Shown: in pieces, positions 10,143-22,213 of the stretch
How the letters are laid out: every line of letters starts with the position of its first letter
Numbering within the stretch: the stretch's first letter is position 1
Assembly: GCF_016026235.1 (NCBI RefSeq)
Contig: NZ_CP065613.1
DNA from: Escherichia coli
GTDB taxonomy: Bacteria; Pseudomonadota; Gammaproteobacteria; Enterobacterales; Enterobacteriaceae
Reading direction: 5' to 3' (one strand)
Length of the DNA: 64,000 nt
Position numbers and translations under genes: made by a program
The notes under the pieces: generated by a model
The model's database searches: none
What the model saw: the letters and a program-made list of their open reading frames with translations, nothing else
What the model was told of the DNA's origin: nothing

Positions 10143-11117
10143 ATGACAAAATTACAACTTAAGTACCGGGAGTTAAAAATTATCTCGGTAATCGCTGCCA
10201 GTGAAAATATCAGCCATGCCGCGACTGTACTTGGCATCGCACAGGCCAACGTCAGCAAATACCTTGCTGATTTTGAATCAAAAGTGGGTTTAAAAGTCTT
10301 TGACCGAACCACCCGGCAGCTGATGCTCACACCTTTTGGTACCGCGCTGTTACCGTACATCAACGACATGCTGGACAGAAACGAGCAGCTTAATAATTTT
10401 ATTGCAGATTATAAGCATGAGAAACGTGGTCGGGTCACCATCTACGCCCCAACCGGCATAATTACCTATTTATCCAAACATGTAATCGATAAAATTAAAG
10501 ATATCGGTGATATCACCTTATCGCTAAAAACCTGCAATCTTGAGCGTAATGCCTTTTATGAAGGCGTCGAATTTCCTGATGATTGTGATGTTTTAATCAG
10601 CTATGCCCCACCAAAAGATGAATCGCTGGTTGCCAGTTTTATTACCCAATATGCCGTAACCGCTTATGCCAGCCAGCGCTATCTTGAGAAACATCCCATT
10701 AGCCGTCCTGACGAACTCGAACATCACTCCTGTATTTTGATCGACTCGATGATGATCGACGACGCGAATATCTGGCGCTTCAACGTCGCTGGGAGTAAAG
10801 AGGTGCGGGATTATCGCGTGAAGGGAAATTACGTTTGCGACAACACGCAATCGGCGCTGGAGCTGGCACGAAATCACCTGGGGATTGTGTTTGCGCCAGA
10901 CAAAAGTGTGCAGAGCGATCTGCAAGACGGCACGCTGGTGCCCTGCTTTCAGCACCCGTATGAATGGTGGCTGGATCTGGTGGCTATCTTCCGTAAACGG
11001 GAATACCAGCCCTGGCGGGTCCAGTATGTGCTGGATGAAATGCTGCGTGAAATTCGCCACCAGCTTGCTCAGTCGCAGCAACTGCGGCCTGAACAAGCGG
11101 CGGAAAGCGAAGATTAA
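10143..11117 (+). CDS. yiaU: LysR-family transcriptional regulator
   Basis: 324-aa ORF with an N-terminal LysR HTH; divergent from yiaT across an AT-rich spacer. Confidence 0.85.
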   Translation: MTKLQLKYRELKIISVIAASENISHAATVLGIAQANVSKYLADFESKVGLKVFDRTTRQLMLTPFGTALLPYINDMLDRNEQLNNFIADYKHEKRGRVTIYAPTGIITYLSKHVIDKIKDIGDITLSLKTCNLERNAFYEGVEFPDDCDVLISYAPPKDESLVASFITQYAVTAYASQRYLEKHPISRPDELEHHSCILIDSMMIDDANIWRFNVAGSKEVRDYRVKGNYVCDNTQSALELARNHLGIVFAPDKSVQSDLQDGTLVPCFQHPYEWWLDLVAIFRKREYQPWRVQYVLDEMLREIRHQLAQSQQLRPEQAAESED

Positions 11118-12250
11118 TGATCGAGATAAAGGTAATGCACCCAGCTGGTCATGCGTAATAACACTTTGCGCATCACCGAGACATGGCTGAAATGATCAGA
11201 GTAGACCGCCACCTGGGCGTAAATACCGTCTGGTAAAGCGCTCAAATCAGTGTGCTCATTCAGTTCAATGGTCGCGATAACGCCATCTGAACCCGGCGCT
11301 GTGTTTAACGTCTGTAAGGTGCCGGTCGACTGATAAGCTCCGCTGGGAACAGCTGGACTAATGGCTGCCAGCTTACCGCTGAACACTTTGCCTGGCAGAG
11401 CGTTAAATACCACTTCCGCATCATCGCCGGGAGCCAGGCGCAGCAAGGAGTTCTGACGGAACTGCGCCACGATTTGTCGTTTCTGATCGGGTATAAACAC
11501 CATCACCGGACGTAGCGGCAGCGACGCGGCATAGGTACCCGGACGAATCAGCACCTGGGTCACATAACCATCGCTCGGCGCACGCACTATCGTCTGCTCA
11601 AGGTTATATTTTGCTTCCGCGAGCTGCGCTTTCAGGCTGGCGATTTGAGAATGTTCACCCAGCACCAGGCTATCCAGCTGGCTCTGGATCTGTTTTTGTT
11701 CCGCCGCTGATGACTTCACGGAGGCTTCCTGCGCCAGATAATTTTGCCGCGCCACATCGATATCGCGTTCTGAAAACGGGTTTACTTTCGCCTGGCTGCC
11801 GCGTGCGTAACGCTGATACTCTTTAGCGAATTTATCCCGCGTGGCCTTTGCCTGCTGAGTATTCGCCGCCATCTCATCTAACTCTGCGCCCAACGCCCGC
11901 TGTTTATGTTCTGCGGTAACGATATCCGCCATCAGCCGATCCACCCGCGCCTGATAACGCGTCGGGTCCAGTCGAAATAGCACTTCACCTTTTTTAATCA
12001 GCGTATTTTTCTTATCCGTCACTTCAATCACCACACCAGTCACCTGTGGGACAACAGGAATAGAAATAACCGCTTTTTGCGCTTTAAAGGTATACGGATG
12101 GTTATAGTTCATTAACAGAATTAGACCGCTGACAATAAATATTCCACCCAGGGCCGCTGTGGGAATGGTCCATTTATTTACGGGAATTTTGAAGATCTTA
12201 AACATTGCCCATGCAAAAGCCACATAGGTCAAAATAATCAGTAAATCCAT
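11114..12250 (-). CDS. yiaV: HlyD-family membrane-fusion-like inner-membrane protein
   Basis: 378-aa ORF with one N-terminal transmembrane helix and a long coiled-coil region; paralog of the ORF at 20176..21312. Confidence 0.8.
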   Translation of the reverse strand: MDLLIILTYVAFAWAMFKIFKIPVNKWTIPTAALGGIFIVSGLILLMNYNHPYTFKAQKAVISIPVVPQVTGVVIEVTDKKNTLIKKGEVLFRLDPTRYQARVDRLMADIVTAEHKQRALGAELDEMAANTQQAKATRDKFAKEYQRYARGSQAKVNPFSERDIDVARQNYLAQEASVKSSAAEQKQIQSQLDSLVLGEHSQIASLKAQLAEAKYNLEQTIVRAPSDGYVTQVLIRPGTYAASLPLRPVMVFIPDQKRQIVAQFRQNSLLRLAPGDDAEVVFNALPGKVFSGKLAAISPAVPSGAYQSTGTLQTLNTAPGSDGVIATIELNEHTDLSALPDGIYAQVAVYSDHFSHVSVMRKVLLRMTSWVHYLYLDH

Positions 12251-12255
12251 AAGTA

Positions 12256-12579
12256 TTACTCGGCAGAAGAGGATTTGATGTCGGCGAGCTGTTTCTCCAG
12301 CCCGGCAATGCGCTGTTGCAGTTGCATAACGGATGAATCATGGCTTTGCATTCCCCATCCCCGCTCCGGGCGGTAAAGCGTGGCCCAAATCCACAAAAAC
12401 GGCCAGATAACATGTAACGTAAAAAGACTCACCCAACCAGCAACATGAATGGCGTCGGCATGAGGATGATTACGTTTTTTAGCAATCAGGTAGGGAATAT
12501 CATGTAAAATAATAATCCCATAAAATATCACCAGAAATACAAAAATAAGCACTCCCAGCGCAAAATAGTCTAGGAACAT
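12256..12579 (-). CDS. yiaW: Small inner-membrane protein (DUF3302 family)
   Basis: Start chosen at the internal Met ([13 protein letters not shown]…) by alignment with the paralog at 21315..21677; two transmembrane helices followed by a C-terminal coiled coil. Confidence 0.7.
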   Translation of the reverse strand: MFLDYFALGVLIFVFLVIFYGIIILHDIPYLIAKKRNHPHADAIHVAGWVSLFTLHVIWPFLWIWATLYRPERGWGMQSHDSSVMQLQQRIAGLEKQLADIKSSSAE

Positions 12580-12989
12580 ATTTCCCTCAAAGAATATAAA
12601 AAAGAACAATTAACGCATATTATGAAATGCCATGATGCAGTGCAATTTCCTTATTTATATAACGACATATTGTTTTTATATACTTTCTGAAGTGTGCTGC
12701 GTGGCTTTTCAACAGGTCGAGGTTTATCATATTGAAATAATGGAACTATTGACCAAGCTAATGAATAACTCCAGTAAAACATCCACAGTACAGATAAAGC
12801 GTATTAAACCTTCAATTATCTACCGTTTATTGCTGATTGGCCTCGAAACGCCACTGGTGATTTACGGCCTGGTTTGCCCGCTCACCATCGAAACGCGAGA
12901 TTAAACTCCTGGCAAAACACGCCCCAGAAACGCACTTCTGTTGGCGTAGTCTGGGTTATTGCGCACGTAGGTTTAAAACGTAAATTGTA

Positions 12990-13095
12990 ACAACGTGCGC
13001 TTTGTTTATGCCGGATGCGGCGTGTACGCCTTATCCGGCCTACGGTCAGGTCCCCGTAGGCATGATAAGACGAGTAAGCGTCGCATCAGGCAATG
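12990..13095. repeat. REP/BIME palindromic units
   Basis: GCCGGATGCGGCGTGTACGCCTTATCCGGCCTAC and an inverted partner downstream of aldB. Confidence 0.75.
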
Positions 13096-13122
13096 AATAC
13101 CCAATGCGACCAGCTTCTTATA

Positions 13123-14661
13123 TCAGAACAGCCCCAACGGTTTATCCGAGTAGCTCACCAGCAGACACTTGGTTTGCTGATAATGCTCCAGCATCATCTT
13201 ATGGGTTTCGCGTCCGATGCCCGACTGTTTGTAGCCGCCAAACGCCGCATGTGCCGGGTAAGCGTGATAACAGTTGGTCCACACGCGCCCAGCCTGAATG
13301 CCGCGCCCCATCTTATAGGCCAGATTACCGTTGCGGCTCCAGACGCCCGCGCCCAAGCCATATTGCGTATCGTTCGCCAGCTCCAGAGCTTCTTCCATCG
13401 TTTTGAAGGTGGTTACCGCCAGCACCGGGCCAAAAATCTCCTCCTGGAACACGCGCATATTGTTCTGACCAAACAGAATCGTCGGTTCGAGGTAGTAGCC
13501 GTCTTTCAGTTCACCTTCCAGCAGCTTGCGCCGCCCGCCGGTGAGCACGTCTGCGCCCTCTTTTTTACCGATATCAATGTAGTTGAGGATGGTTTCCAGT
13601 TGCCCGTGAGAAACCTGCGCGCCCATTTGCGTCACGCTGTCGAGTGGGTTACCGCTGCGAATGCTTTCGACACGGCGGATGGCGCGTTCCATAAAGCGTT
13701 CGTAGATTGACTCCTGCACTAAGGCACGACTCGGACAGGTGCAAACTTCACCCTGGTTAAAGGCAAACAGTGCAAAGCCTTCCAGCGCTTTATCGAAAAA
13801 GGCATCTTCTTCATCCATCACATCAGCAAAGAAGATATTTGGCGATTTGCCGCCCAGCTCCAGCGTCACCGGAATAATGTTTTGCGTTGCGTATTGCATA
13901 ATTTGTTGGCCCACTTCCGTTGAGCCGGTAAACGCCACTTTGGCGATGCGTTTCGAGGTCGCCAGATATTCGCCAATTTCCCCACCAGCGCCATTGACCA
14001 CGTTCACCACGCCCGGCGGCAGTAAATCACCGACGATTTCCATTAGCAGCAGTACAGAAAGCGGGGTAAGACGTGCGGGTTTCAGCACCACACAGTTGCC
14101 CGCCGCCAGCGCGGGAGCCATTTTCCAGCTCGCCATCAGCAGCGGGAAGTTCCACGGGATAATCTGCCCCACCACGCCTAACGGTTCATGGAAATGATAG
14201 GCCACGGTTTCGCTATCAACTTCACTGATCCCACCTTCCTGCGCCCGAATACACGAGGCGAAATAGCGGAAATGGTCAATCGCCAGCGGTACATCCGCAG
14301 CACTGGTTTCGCGAATGGGTTTGCCGTTATCCCAGGTTTCAGCTGTCGCTAACAGCTCGAGGTTTTGTTCCATTCGATCGGCAATCTTAAACAGAATCGC
14401 CGCGCGATCCTGCACCGAGGTGTGCGCCCATTTATCTTTCACTTTGTGCGCAGCATCCAGCGCCAGATCGATGTCTCGTTTGCCCGAAGACGCCACTTCG
14501 CACAGCAGCTGCCCGGTCACCGGCGTCAGGTTCTGGTAATACTCACCATCGGCAGGGACTACCCATTCGCCACCAATAAAGTTGTCGTAGCGGGCTTTTA
14601 ACTTGAGGGGGAAACCATACTCGCCGGGCTTAATCTGTGCTGAAGGGGGATTATTGGTCAT
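13123..14661 (-). CDS. aldB: Aldehyde dehydrogenase B
   Basis: The 558-aa ORF-track ORF was trimmed to the Met giving [19 protein letters not shown]… (512 aa), matching AldB; ALDH catalytic Cys region present. Confidence 0.9.
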   Translation of the reverse strand: MTNNPPSAQIKPGEYGFPLKLKARYDNFIGGEWVVPADGEYYQNLTPVTGQLLCEVASSGKRDIDLALDAAHKVKDKWAHTSVQDRAAILFKIADRMEQNLELLATAETWDNGKPIRETSAADVPLAIDHFRYFASCIRAQEGGISEVDSETVAYHFHEPLGVVGQIIPWNFPLLMASWKMAPALAAGNCVVLKPARLTPLSVLLLMEIVGDLLPPGVVNVVNGAGGEIGEYLATSKRIAKVAFTGSTEVGQQIMQYATQNIIPVTLELGGKSPNIFFADVMDEEDAFFDKALEGFALFAFNQGEVCTCPSRALVQESIYERFMERAIRRVESIRSGNPLDSVTQMGAQVSHGQLETILNYIDIGKKEGADVLTGGRRKLLEGELKDGYYLEPTILFGQNNMRVFQEEIFGPVLAVTTFKTMEEALELANDTQYGLGAGVWSRNGNLAYKMGRGIQAGRVWTNCYHAYPAHAAFGGYKQSGIGRETHKMMLEHYQQTKCLLVSYSDKPLGLF

Positions 14662-14825
14662 GATCATCTCCTTGCGGTGTGAGGTATAACAAGGGTAGAC
14701 GTGACTGGCGAAATCTTCGCCAGCCGGTAACAGCTTTACGACAGCTATCACGAATTTACGGGCAAGGATTACAGAGATAGTTGAAAAAGCGGCTGACAAT
14801 TTGCCAGCCGTTGTTGGAATGATGA

Positions 14826-15977
14826 TTACATTGCGGCGCGATAAATCGCCACAATTTCTTCGTGAGTTGCCTGGGTCGGGTTAGTAAAGCCACAGGCATC
14901 TTTCAGGGCATTAGTCGCCAGAACCGCGAAATCTTCTTCTTTCACGTTCAGGTCACGCAGGCCTGCCGGGATATTCACTTTCTTCGCCAGTTCACGGATG
15001 GCATTGATGCACGCTTCTGCGCCTTCCGCGTCATTTTTGCCTGTCACGTTAACGCCCATGGCAGCAGCGCAGTCACGCAGACGCGCAGCAGCGACTTTGC
15101 TGTTGAACACCTGAACGTGCGGCAGCAGAACAGCATTACATACACCGTGTGGCAGGTTGTAGAAACCTCCCAGCTGGTGTGCCATCGCATGAACATAACC
15201 AAGAGATGCGTTGTTGAACGCCATACCAGCGAGGAACTGGGCATAAGCCATTGCTTCACGCGCTTTAGCATTGCTGCCATCTTCAACGGCTAATGGCAGG
15301 TTTTCGGCAATCATGGTCACCGCTTTCAGTGCGCAAGCGTCAGTGATCGGCGTTGCAGCGATAGAAACATACGCTTCGATAGCGTGTGTTAAGGCGTCCA
15401 TACCAGTGGCGGCGGTCAGTGACTTCGGCATACCGATCATCAGAGATGAGTCATTGACAGAAAGCAGCGGAGTCACGTGCTTATCAACAATCGCCATTTT
15501 GATGTGACGCGCTTCGTCGGTGATGATGCAGAAACGAGTCATTTCTGATGCTGTACCCGCAGTGGTATTGATGGCGATCATCGGCAGCTGCGGTTTTGCA
15601 GAGCGGTCAACGCCTTCATAATCACGGATATCACCACCATTGGCTGCCACCAGCGCAATACCTTTTGCACAGTCATGCGGAGAACCACCGCCTAAGGAAA
15701 TCACGCTATCGCAATTATTTTCTTTAAGTAATTTCAAACCTGCGGCGACGTTTTCCGTGGTTGGGTTAGGTTGGGTGCCATCATAAATAACGCTAAAAAT
15801 ATTGCGTTCTTCCAGTGCTTTTTGCACATCACCCGCCATACCTAATTTCGTTAACATATTGTCAGTGACAATTAATGTACGGGTAAATCCATAATCTGCC
15901 ATCATATTCATTGCATCAATCAATGAACCAGCGCCGATGACATTCACAGAAGGAATAAAGAACGTTGAAGCTGCCAT
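14826..15977 (-). CDS. yiaY: Iron-containing (group III) alcohol dehydrogenase
   Basis: 383-aa ORF of the Fe-ADH family (GGGSPHD motif); position matches yiaY. Confidence 0.88.
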   Translation of the reverse strand: MAASTFFIPSVNVIGAGSLIDAMNMMADYGFTRTLIVTDNMLTKLGMAGDVQKALEERNIFSVIYDGTQPNPTTENVAAGLKLLKENNCDSVISLGGGSPHDCAKGIALVAANGGDIRDYEGVDRSAKPQLPMIAINTTAGTASEMTRFCIITDEARHIKMAIVDKHVTPLLSVNDSSLMIGMPKSLTAATGMDALTHAIEAYVSIAATPITDACALKAVTMIAENLPLAVEDGSNAKAREAMAYAQFLAGMAFNNASLGYVHAMAHQLGGFYNLPHGVCNAVLLPHVQVFNSKVAAARLRDCAAAMGVNVTGKNDAEGAEACINAIRELAKKVNIPAGLRDLNVKEEDFAVLATNALKDACGFTNPTQATHEEIVAIYRAAM

Positions 15978-16075
15978 AACACACTCCTGAAAGTGTAAAA
16001 AAGGGTGGGCAGCTTACTGAGGATTTTCATTCGAAAATATGATCATTATTATTGATTATCAAAATTAATCTAATA

Positions 16076-16113
16076 AAAAGCACATTGTATTCATTAAACA
16101 ATGTGCTTTTTTT
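16076..16113. terminator. Bidirectional rho-independent terminator downstream of selB
   Basis: Hairpin CACATTGT-(loop)-ACAATGTG flanked by an A-run on one side and a T-run on the other, inside an AT-rich spacer. Confidence 0.6.
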
Positions 16114-16166
16114 AAAATCATAAGAAATTTGTATTAATTTATTTTAAAAATTAATTAATCATTTCC

Positions 16167-18011
16167 TTATTTTTCCGGAAATAATAATGCGTCGCGCAAT
16201 AAATGATCATTTCCGCGACGCCGCGTAAAGCCAATGCGGTCAAAATATTCCAGGATTTGAATCGCCAGTTTTCGCCCAACCCCTAAGCGATCGCGGAAAT
16301 CCGCCGCGCAGGTTGAACCACATTCCTGATCGAGATCGCGGATCATATTGGCAAACTCGACAATCCGATCGTTACGGTAATAACGATCTTTGACGATCGC
16401 GGTAATTATCCCCTGTTGGGCCGCCTGGCGTAGCGTCAGGCGCATTGCCTGCTCGTCGGTTCCCGTCTCTTTTGCCAGGTCACGCACCCACCACGGTTCG
16501 TCACCAAACAGCGGCTCTGCTTTTTGCCAGATGGCCTGCTGCTCTTCGCTGAAGCCCGCTTTGTGATCCGGCAGATGCAGCCAACCGTGATGACTGAGGA
16601 TGTCGCCGCTTTCGCGCATCTTTTCAATCAGCAACAGTACCAGCGCTTCATCTTCCATTGGCAACGCCATACGTCGCAGACGTTCGCGCCCAGGACCAGG
16701 TTCATCACGATGTTGCTCATGATAAGTCGCTAATGTGTCGAGAATTTTCCGCTGCCAGCGGGCGGCAACCGGCGCATTCAACAAGCTATAACCAGCCTGA
16801 ATATAGCCAGGCTGTTGCAGCAGTTCGCGCATCCCTTCGCCGTTGAGCTGGCGCGCCCAGGCGAAATCCGCAAGGTTAACCGCTCCGCGTTCCAGATGAA
16901 CAGATAACGCATCGGCATCGCTCTGCGCCCGTGCAAGAGACGCCAGCCATTGCAGATATTCCGGCTTACGTTTACCGCGACGCGGCGGGTTAAGCATCAC
17001 CACACGCGCCCCCGCCAGCGTATTGCGGGCCGAGATATCGCGCAACACTAAGCGATCGTTATCCGCCAGCCACAGCGGCGTGTCGAACACCAGCTCGGCA
17101 AGGTTATCTTCCAGCAACGAAACGCGTCCCGTAACGTGGCTGGCGGCGTGGTGAATATGCAGCGGCTGCCACTGGGTCAGCGGCGTATGGGTTTGAAGCT
17201 CGACAATAACCCGCGTGAACGGCTCTGGCGGCACATCGGCAAGCAGCCAGTCGCCACGGTTAATCTGCTCTTTTTCCGCATCCCCCGCGATGTTAAGCGC
17301 GATACGCTGGCCGGCATGAGCGGTTTCTGTTGGCTGGTTTTGTGCATGCAGCGCACGTACACGCATCGGTTTATTTACACCAGTCAGCCATAGTGAATCG
17401 CCTACCTTCACTTCCCCGCTTAACGCCGTACCGGTGACCACCAGCCCGGCACCTTTTACGGTAAATGCGCGGTCGATCGCGAGGCGGAAACTATGTTGGC
17501 TGGCGTGTTCACGTTCTGGTAACTGAAGTAGATGCTCGCGCAGGGCATCAATTCCCCGACCTTCGGTTGCTGCGGTGATAAACAGTTTTGCCTCAGCAAA
17601 ACCGTATTCCCGCAGAACCTCCTTTACCTGGCGTTCAACCTCATCAACACGCGCTTCGTCCACGCGATCAGCTTTGGTCAGCGCCACTGTCAGCATCGGG
17701 TTACCGGTCAGCTGCAAAATCGCCAGATGCTCACGGGTCTGTGCCATCACGCCGTCATCGCACGCCACCACCAACAGCGCGTGATCGATACCACCAACGC
17801 CCGCCAGCATGTTGGAAAGAAACTTTTCATGACCGGGTACGTCGATAAAACCAGGCACGCGACCATCCGGCTGCGGCCAGTAGGCATAGCCGAGATCGAT
17901 GGTCATGCCGCGCTTTTTTTCTTCCGGCAGACGGTCAGCATTTACGCCAGTAATCGCCTGCAATAAGGTTGTTTTGCCGTGGTCAACGTGTCCGGCAGTC
18001 GCAATAATCAT
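16167..18011 (-). CDS. selB: Selenocysteine-specific translation elongation factor SelB
   Basis: 614-aa ORF with an N-terminal GTPase G1 motif ([10 protein letters not shown]); overlaps the selA stop, indicating an operon. Confidence 0.92.
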   Translation of the reverse strand: MIIATAGHVDHGKTTLLQAITGVNADRLPEEKKRGMTIDLGYAYWPQPDGRVPGFIDVPGHEKFLSNMLAGVGGIDHALLVVACDDGVMAQTREHLAILQLTGNPMLTVALTKADRVDEARVDEVERQVKEVLREYGFAEAKLFITAATEGRGIDALREHLLQLPEREHASQHSFRLAIDRAFTVKGAGLVVTGTALSGEVKVGDSLWLTGVNKPMRVRALHAQNQPTETAHAGQRIALNIAGDAEKEQINRGDWLLADVPPEPFTRVIVELQTHTPLTQWQPLHIHHAASHVTGRVSLLEDNLAELVFDTPLWLADNDRLVLRDISARNTLAGARVVMLNPPRRGKRKPEYLQWLASLARAQSDADALSVHLERGAVNLADFAWARQLNGEGMRELLQQPGYIQAGYSLLNAPVAARWQRKILDTLATYHEQHRDEPGPGRERLRRMALPMEDEALVLLLIEKMRESGDILSHHGWLHLPDHKAGFSEEQQAIWQKAEPLFGDEPWWVRDLAKETGTDEQAMRLTLRQAAQQGIITAIVKDRYYRNDRIVEFANMIRDLDQECGSTCAADFRDRLGVGRKLAIQILEYFDRIGFTRRRGNDHLLRDALLFPEK

Positions 18012-19399
18012 TTCAACAACATCTCCAAAAACCGTTGCTCATCTTCAAGGCAGCGTAAATCCAGCCACAATCGTCCGTCATAAATACGACCAATCACCGG
18101 CACTGGCAATTCACGCCAGCGGGCGGCTAATGACTCAAGGTGGCTACCGCGTCCATCATGGGGTGTAAACGTTAATGCCGCGCTCGGCAGGCGATCAACC
18201 GGCAGCGAACCACTGCCAATCTGCGAAAGACATGGCATAACCTGTACCGCAAACTCCGCGCCGTAATGTGCGGCAAGGGGAGCCTGTAAATGTTGTGCCT
18301 GGATTTGAATGACCTCTGCGCTGCGGGTAAGCAGGCGCAGGGTCGGTAATTTTTCACTCAGAGCTTCAGGGTGTAAATAAAGACGCAACGTGGCTTCCAG
18401 CGCCGCGAGGGTCATTTTATCCGCGCGTAATGCACGCTTCAGCGGGTGGCTTTGCAGGCGGGCGATCATCTCTTTTTTACCAACGATAATCCCTGCCTGC
18501 GGCCCGCCTAACAACTTGTCGCCGGAGAAGCTCACCAGACTGACGCCCGCCGCAATCAACTCCTGCGGCATTGGCTCTTTCGGCAAACCGTACTGGCTAA
18601 GATCGACCAGCGAGCCACTGCCTAAATCAGTCACTACGGGAACATCCAGCTCTTTGCCGAGCGCCACCAGTTCAGCTTCGTCTATCGCTTTGGTGAACCC
18701 CTGAATGCTGTAGTTACTGGTATGTACTTTCATCAACAGTGCGGTATTTTCATTCACCGCCTGACGATAATCATTCGCGTGCGTGCGGTTGGTGGTCCCT
18801 ACTTCGTGTAGTGTGCAGCCTGCCTGACGCATAACATCGGGAATACGAAACGCGCCGCCAATCTCCACCAATTCGCCGCGAGAAACCACCACCTCTTTCC
18901 CGCTGGCAGTGGCCGCCAACATCAATAACACCGCCGCCGCATTGTTATTAACGATACAGGCATCTTCCGCCCCCGTAATACGGCACAGCAACTGTGCCAG
19001 CGCACGATCGCGATGTCCGCGTCCGGCGTCGTCCAGATCGTACTCGAGGGTCACTGGCGAACGCATAGCCTGCGCAACGGCTTCCACCGCGGCTTCCGCC
19101 TGTAAAGCTCGCCCAAGGTTGGTATGCAGCACGGTTCCCGTCAGGTTGATCACCGGACGCAGCGCACTCTGCGCCTCTTTCGTCAACCGGGCATCGACTT
19201 CTTGCGCCCAGTTTTCACACCACGCAGGCAGCGTCTGGCTGCCACGAATCACTTCTCGCGCTTCGTCGAGCATCTGACGCAACAATTCCACCACGCGGGT
19301 GTGACCATAAGTATCACGCAAAGAAAGGAAGGAGCTATCGCGCAATAAGCGATCAATAGCCGGAAGTTGACTATAGAGGGAACGCGTTTCGGTTGTCAT
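18008..19399 (-). CDS. selA: L-seryl-tRNA(Sec) selenium transferase (selenocysteine synthase) SelA
   Basis: 463-aa ORF; PLP enzyme; length and context match SelA. Confidence 0.92.
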   Translation of the reverse strand: MTTETRSLYSQLPAIDRLLRDSSFLSLRDTYGHTRVVELLRQMLDEAREVIRGSQTLPAWCENWAQEVDARLTKEAQSALRPVINLTGTVLHTNLGRALQAEAAVEAVAQAMRSPVTLEYDLDDAGRGHRDRALAQLLCRITGAEDACIVNNNAAAVLLMLAATASGKEVVVSRGELVEIGGAFRIPDVMRQAGCTLHEVGTTNRTHANDYRQAVNENTALLMKVHTSNYSIQGFTKAIDEAELVALGKELDVPVVTDLGSGSLVDLSQYGLPKEPMPQELIAAGVSLVSFSGDKLLGGPQAGIIVGKKEMIARLQSHPLKRALRADKMTLAALEATLRLYLHPEALSEKLPTLRLLTRSAEVIQIQAQHLQAPLAAHYGAEFAVQVMPCLSQIGSGSLPVDRLPSAALTFTPHDGRGSHLESLAARWRELPVPVIGRIYDGRLWLDLRCLEDEQRFLEMLLK

Positions 19400-19496
19400 A
19401 GGAAACCTGGCTGATCAAGGCCCTCTCACACGGAGAAGGGCGTTTAACATAACCACGGATTGTAACGTGAGATGGGTCAGGAGGACATATCGCGCA

Positions 19497-20105
19497 TCAA
19501 GCCTTTGGCGGTTCGGTGCGAGCAAAACTTTCGCGGCTAAACAGGTTTTCGACCAGTTTGACTAAGTGTGGGCGGTCGACACACCAACCTGGCGCAACGC
19601 GGCGGAAATTGAGATATCCGACGGCACAGGCAATAGCGATAGTCGCCAGATTGACCGTATCGGTTTTGAGTGTGCCATCGACCAGATATCCTTCCAGCAC
19701 ATCCAGACTGCGGTTGATTTTCTCCCGCTGGCGTAACAATTCATCTTCAGACTGCTGCGCCGCTGGACGCGCCTGTTCACGCACCGATACCAGCCCAGCA
19801 TCCATAATGCCATCCGCCAGTGCCTCAATTTTGCGCACCCGCAACGACTCCAGCGGATCGCGCGGCAACATCGCCGGAGCGACATTCATTAATTCAATAT
19901 ATTCAGCGATGATCGGCGAATCAAACCAGCATTCGCCCTCTTCGGTCACCAGCACCGGCACTTTTCCTAACGGGTTAAATTGCGCCACGCCGTTGTCCGC
20001 GTTATAGGGCAGTTCATTAATAAATTCGAAAGTTATGCCCTTTTCTAACAACAGAATAGAAAGTTTGCGTACAAACGGGCTGGTGTAGCTACCGACGAGT
20101 TTCAT
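19497..20105 (-). CDS. yibF: Glutathione S-transferase family protein
   Basis: 202-aa ORF with a GST N-terminal thioredoxin-like fold; position matches yibF. Confidence 0.85.
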
Positions 20106-20175
20106 GCCGAGTCCTTTGTGCGAGGAAAAATATCAGTATGGCTCAGGCTCACGCAAAACACAGGTGATATAAGTC

Positions 20176-21312
20176 TCAATGATCCAAATAAAGATAATGC
20201 ATCCAGCTGGTCATTCTTAGCAGCACTTTTCGCATCACCGAAACATGGCTGAAATGGTCGGAGTAAACTGCCACCTGGGCGTAAATGCCGTCGGGTAAGG
20301 CATCGATATCATCGTTAGGGTCCAGTTCAATGGTTCCCAGCACACCGTCCGTGCCGGGCACGACCGTTAATGATTGCAATACCCCCTGCGCCTGATAAGA
20401 ACCGCCTGGCACGACAGGTAAAATACTGGTCAGTTTGCCGTGGAACACCTGCCCAGGTAGCGCGTTAAACACCACTTCCGCATCATCGCCAGGTTTCAGA
20501 CGTAACAGCGAGTTTTGCCGAAATTGGGCGACAATTTGCCGTTTTTGCTCGGGGATGAAGACCATCACCGGACGCAGCGGCAAGGCAGCGGCGTATGTGC
20601 CTGGGCGGATCAGTACCTGAGTGACGTAGCCATTGCTCGGTGCGCGAATGACGGTCTGTTCAAGGTTATATTTTGCTTCTGTAAGTTGCGCTCTTAAGCT
20701 CACAATCTGCGATTGCTCGCCGTTAACCATACTGTCGAGCTGGCTCTGGATCTGCGCCTGCTCCGCCACCGAGCCTTTCACCAGCGCATCCTGCGCGAGG
20801 AAATTTTGCCGCGCATCGTCGATGTCACGTTCCGAGAACGGATTCACCGCCGCCTGGCTGCCTTTCAGATAACGTTGATAATTTTTAAACAGACGGTCGC
20901 GCTCCGCTGAAACCTGGGTGGTGTTGGCCTGCGCTTCAGTGAGCTGCGCGCGCAGCGTCTTTATATTATGCGTCGCCGTCATCAGGTCAGCCTGAAGTCT
21001 GTCAACTCGCGCCTGGTAACGAACCGGGTCGAGCTTAAAAAGCACCTCGCCCTTTTGAATAAGCTGATTATTCTTGTCAGTGACTTCAGTAACAATTCCC
21101 GTCACCTGTGGCGTGATGGGGATCGCTATCACAGCCTTTTGCGCGGTAAAAGTGTAAGGGTGGTTGTAGTTCATCAACAAAATCAAACCACTCACCAGAA
21201 ACACGCCTCCCAGCGCCGCCGTCGCCAGCGTCCACTGATTCACCGGAATACGAAAGATTTTAAAGACCGCCCACGCCAGCGCCACATAAGTTAAAACAAT
21301 CAATAGATCCAT
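20176..21312 (-). CDS. yibH: HlyD-family membrane-fusion-like inner-membrane protein (yiaV paralog)
   Basis: 378-aa ORF with high protein and nucleotide similarity to 11114..12250 (same length, same start MDLLI(V/I)LTYVA…). Confidence 0.8.
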   Translation of the reverse strand: MDLLIVLTYVALAWAVFKIFRIPVNQWTLATAALGGVFLVSGLILLMNYNHPYTFTAQKAVIAIPITPQVTGIVTEVTDKNNQLIQKGEVLFKLDPVRYQARVDRLQADLMTATHNIKTLRAQLTEAQANTTQVSAERDRLFKNYQRYLKGSQAAVNPFSERDIDDARQNFLAQDALVKGSVAEQAQIQSQLDSMVNGEQSQIVSLRAQLTEAKYNLEQTVIRAPSNGYVTQVLIRPGTYAAALPLRPVMVFIPEQKRQIVAQFRQNSLLRLKPGDDAEVVFNALPGQVFHGKLTSILPVVPGGSYQAQGVLQSLTVVPGTDGVLGTIELDPNDDIDALPDGIYAQVAVYSDHFSHVSVMRKVLLRMTSWMHYLYLDH

Positions 21313-21314
21313 AA

Positions 21315-21677
21315 TTAGATCTCCGGGAACGTGGAATAGTCAGTCTTTTTCTCGGCGGCGAGTTGGTGCTCCAGCCGGGAAATTCGGTCAGAAAGTGCGG
21401 CGATTTCCGGGTCAGTCGCTTTCTCCTGCGACGCAACATGTGACTGCATACCCCAGCCACGCTCCGGTTGATAGAGCGTCGCCCAGATCCACAGAAACGG
21501 CCAGATAACATGCAGAGTAAACAGGCTCACCCAGCCCGCCGTATGAATAGCGTCGGCATGGGGATGGTTGCGCTTTTTGGCAATCAGATAAGGGATGTCA
21601 TGTATCGCGATGATTCCATAAAAAATCACCAGAAAGACGAAGATCAGCACTCCCAACGCGAAATAGTTTAGAAACAT
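21315..21677 (-). CDS. yibI: Small inner-membrane protein (DUF3302; yiaW paralog)
   Basis: 120-aa ORF; the first roughly 75 residues are near-identical to the yiaW product. Confidence 0.75.
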   Translation of the reverse strand: MFLNYFALGVLIFVFLVIFYGIIAIHDIPYLIAKKRNHPHADAIHTAGWVSLFTLHVIWPFLWIWATLYQPERGWGMQSHVASQEKATDPEIAALSDRISRLEHQLAAEKKTDYSTFPEI

Positions 21678-21893
21678 ATTTGCCTCGGATTCACGTTTAT
21701 CAGTGTTGTTTTTTGGCTGGCAGCCAGAAGGGAGTCAGGCTGATATTTTGACAATAATCCGGGTTCGCGATTCTCGCCATAACACCAAAGAATAATTTTT
21801 AGAGGTGATGAGTTGCTTAGTTACATAACGATTGTATGACGAAGGCATAACATGCTGTAGATCACATCAGGTGAACGCCGTAAGAAAATATCT

Positions 21894-22070
21894 TGTGATT
21901 CAGATCACAAAGATTCAACAAACCATCAAAACAAAAATGTGACATTAGTCACATTTAAATGCCATTTTTAGCGAAAATCGCCGCCTTGTGGCTTTTTTAC
22001 ACAAGCGTTTTGTGATGAACATCACGCCAATTACCTCTCTACCCCCTATATTTATGTGATTGATATCACA
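21894..22070 (+). promoter_or_regulatory. mtlA promoter region with four consensus-like CRP sites (21894-21909, 21938-21953, 22011-22026, 22055-22070)
   Basis: TGTGA-N6-TCACA read directly: TGTGATTCAGATCACA, TGTGACATTAGTCACA, TGTGATGAACATCACG, TGTGATTGATATCACA. The mtl promoter is known to carry multiple CRP sites. Confidence 0.7.
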
Positions 22071-22213
22071 CAAAAGGCCGTCGACTGGACAGTTAACCGA
22101 TTCAGTGCCAGATTTCGCAGTATCTACAAGGTCCGGCTACCTCTGCCGCCACATTAACAAAAAACCTCGGGCTTCCAGCCTGCGCGACAGCAAACATAAG
22201 AAGGGGTGTTTTT

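Noticed and set aside
13093-13710. 205-aa plus-strand ORF overlapping the aldB 3' end
   Set aside because: It is antisense to aldB and begins inside a REP cluster; the translation is compositionally atypical.
14662-14799. 5' extension of the aldB ORF (ORF track 13123..14799)
   Set aside because: AldB begins MTNNPPSAQ…; the upstream 46 codons have no homology support and would give a 558-aa product.
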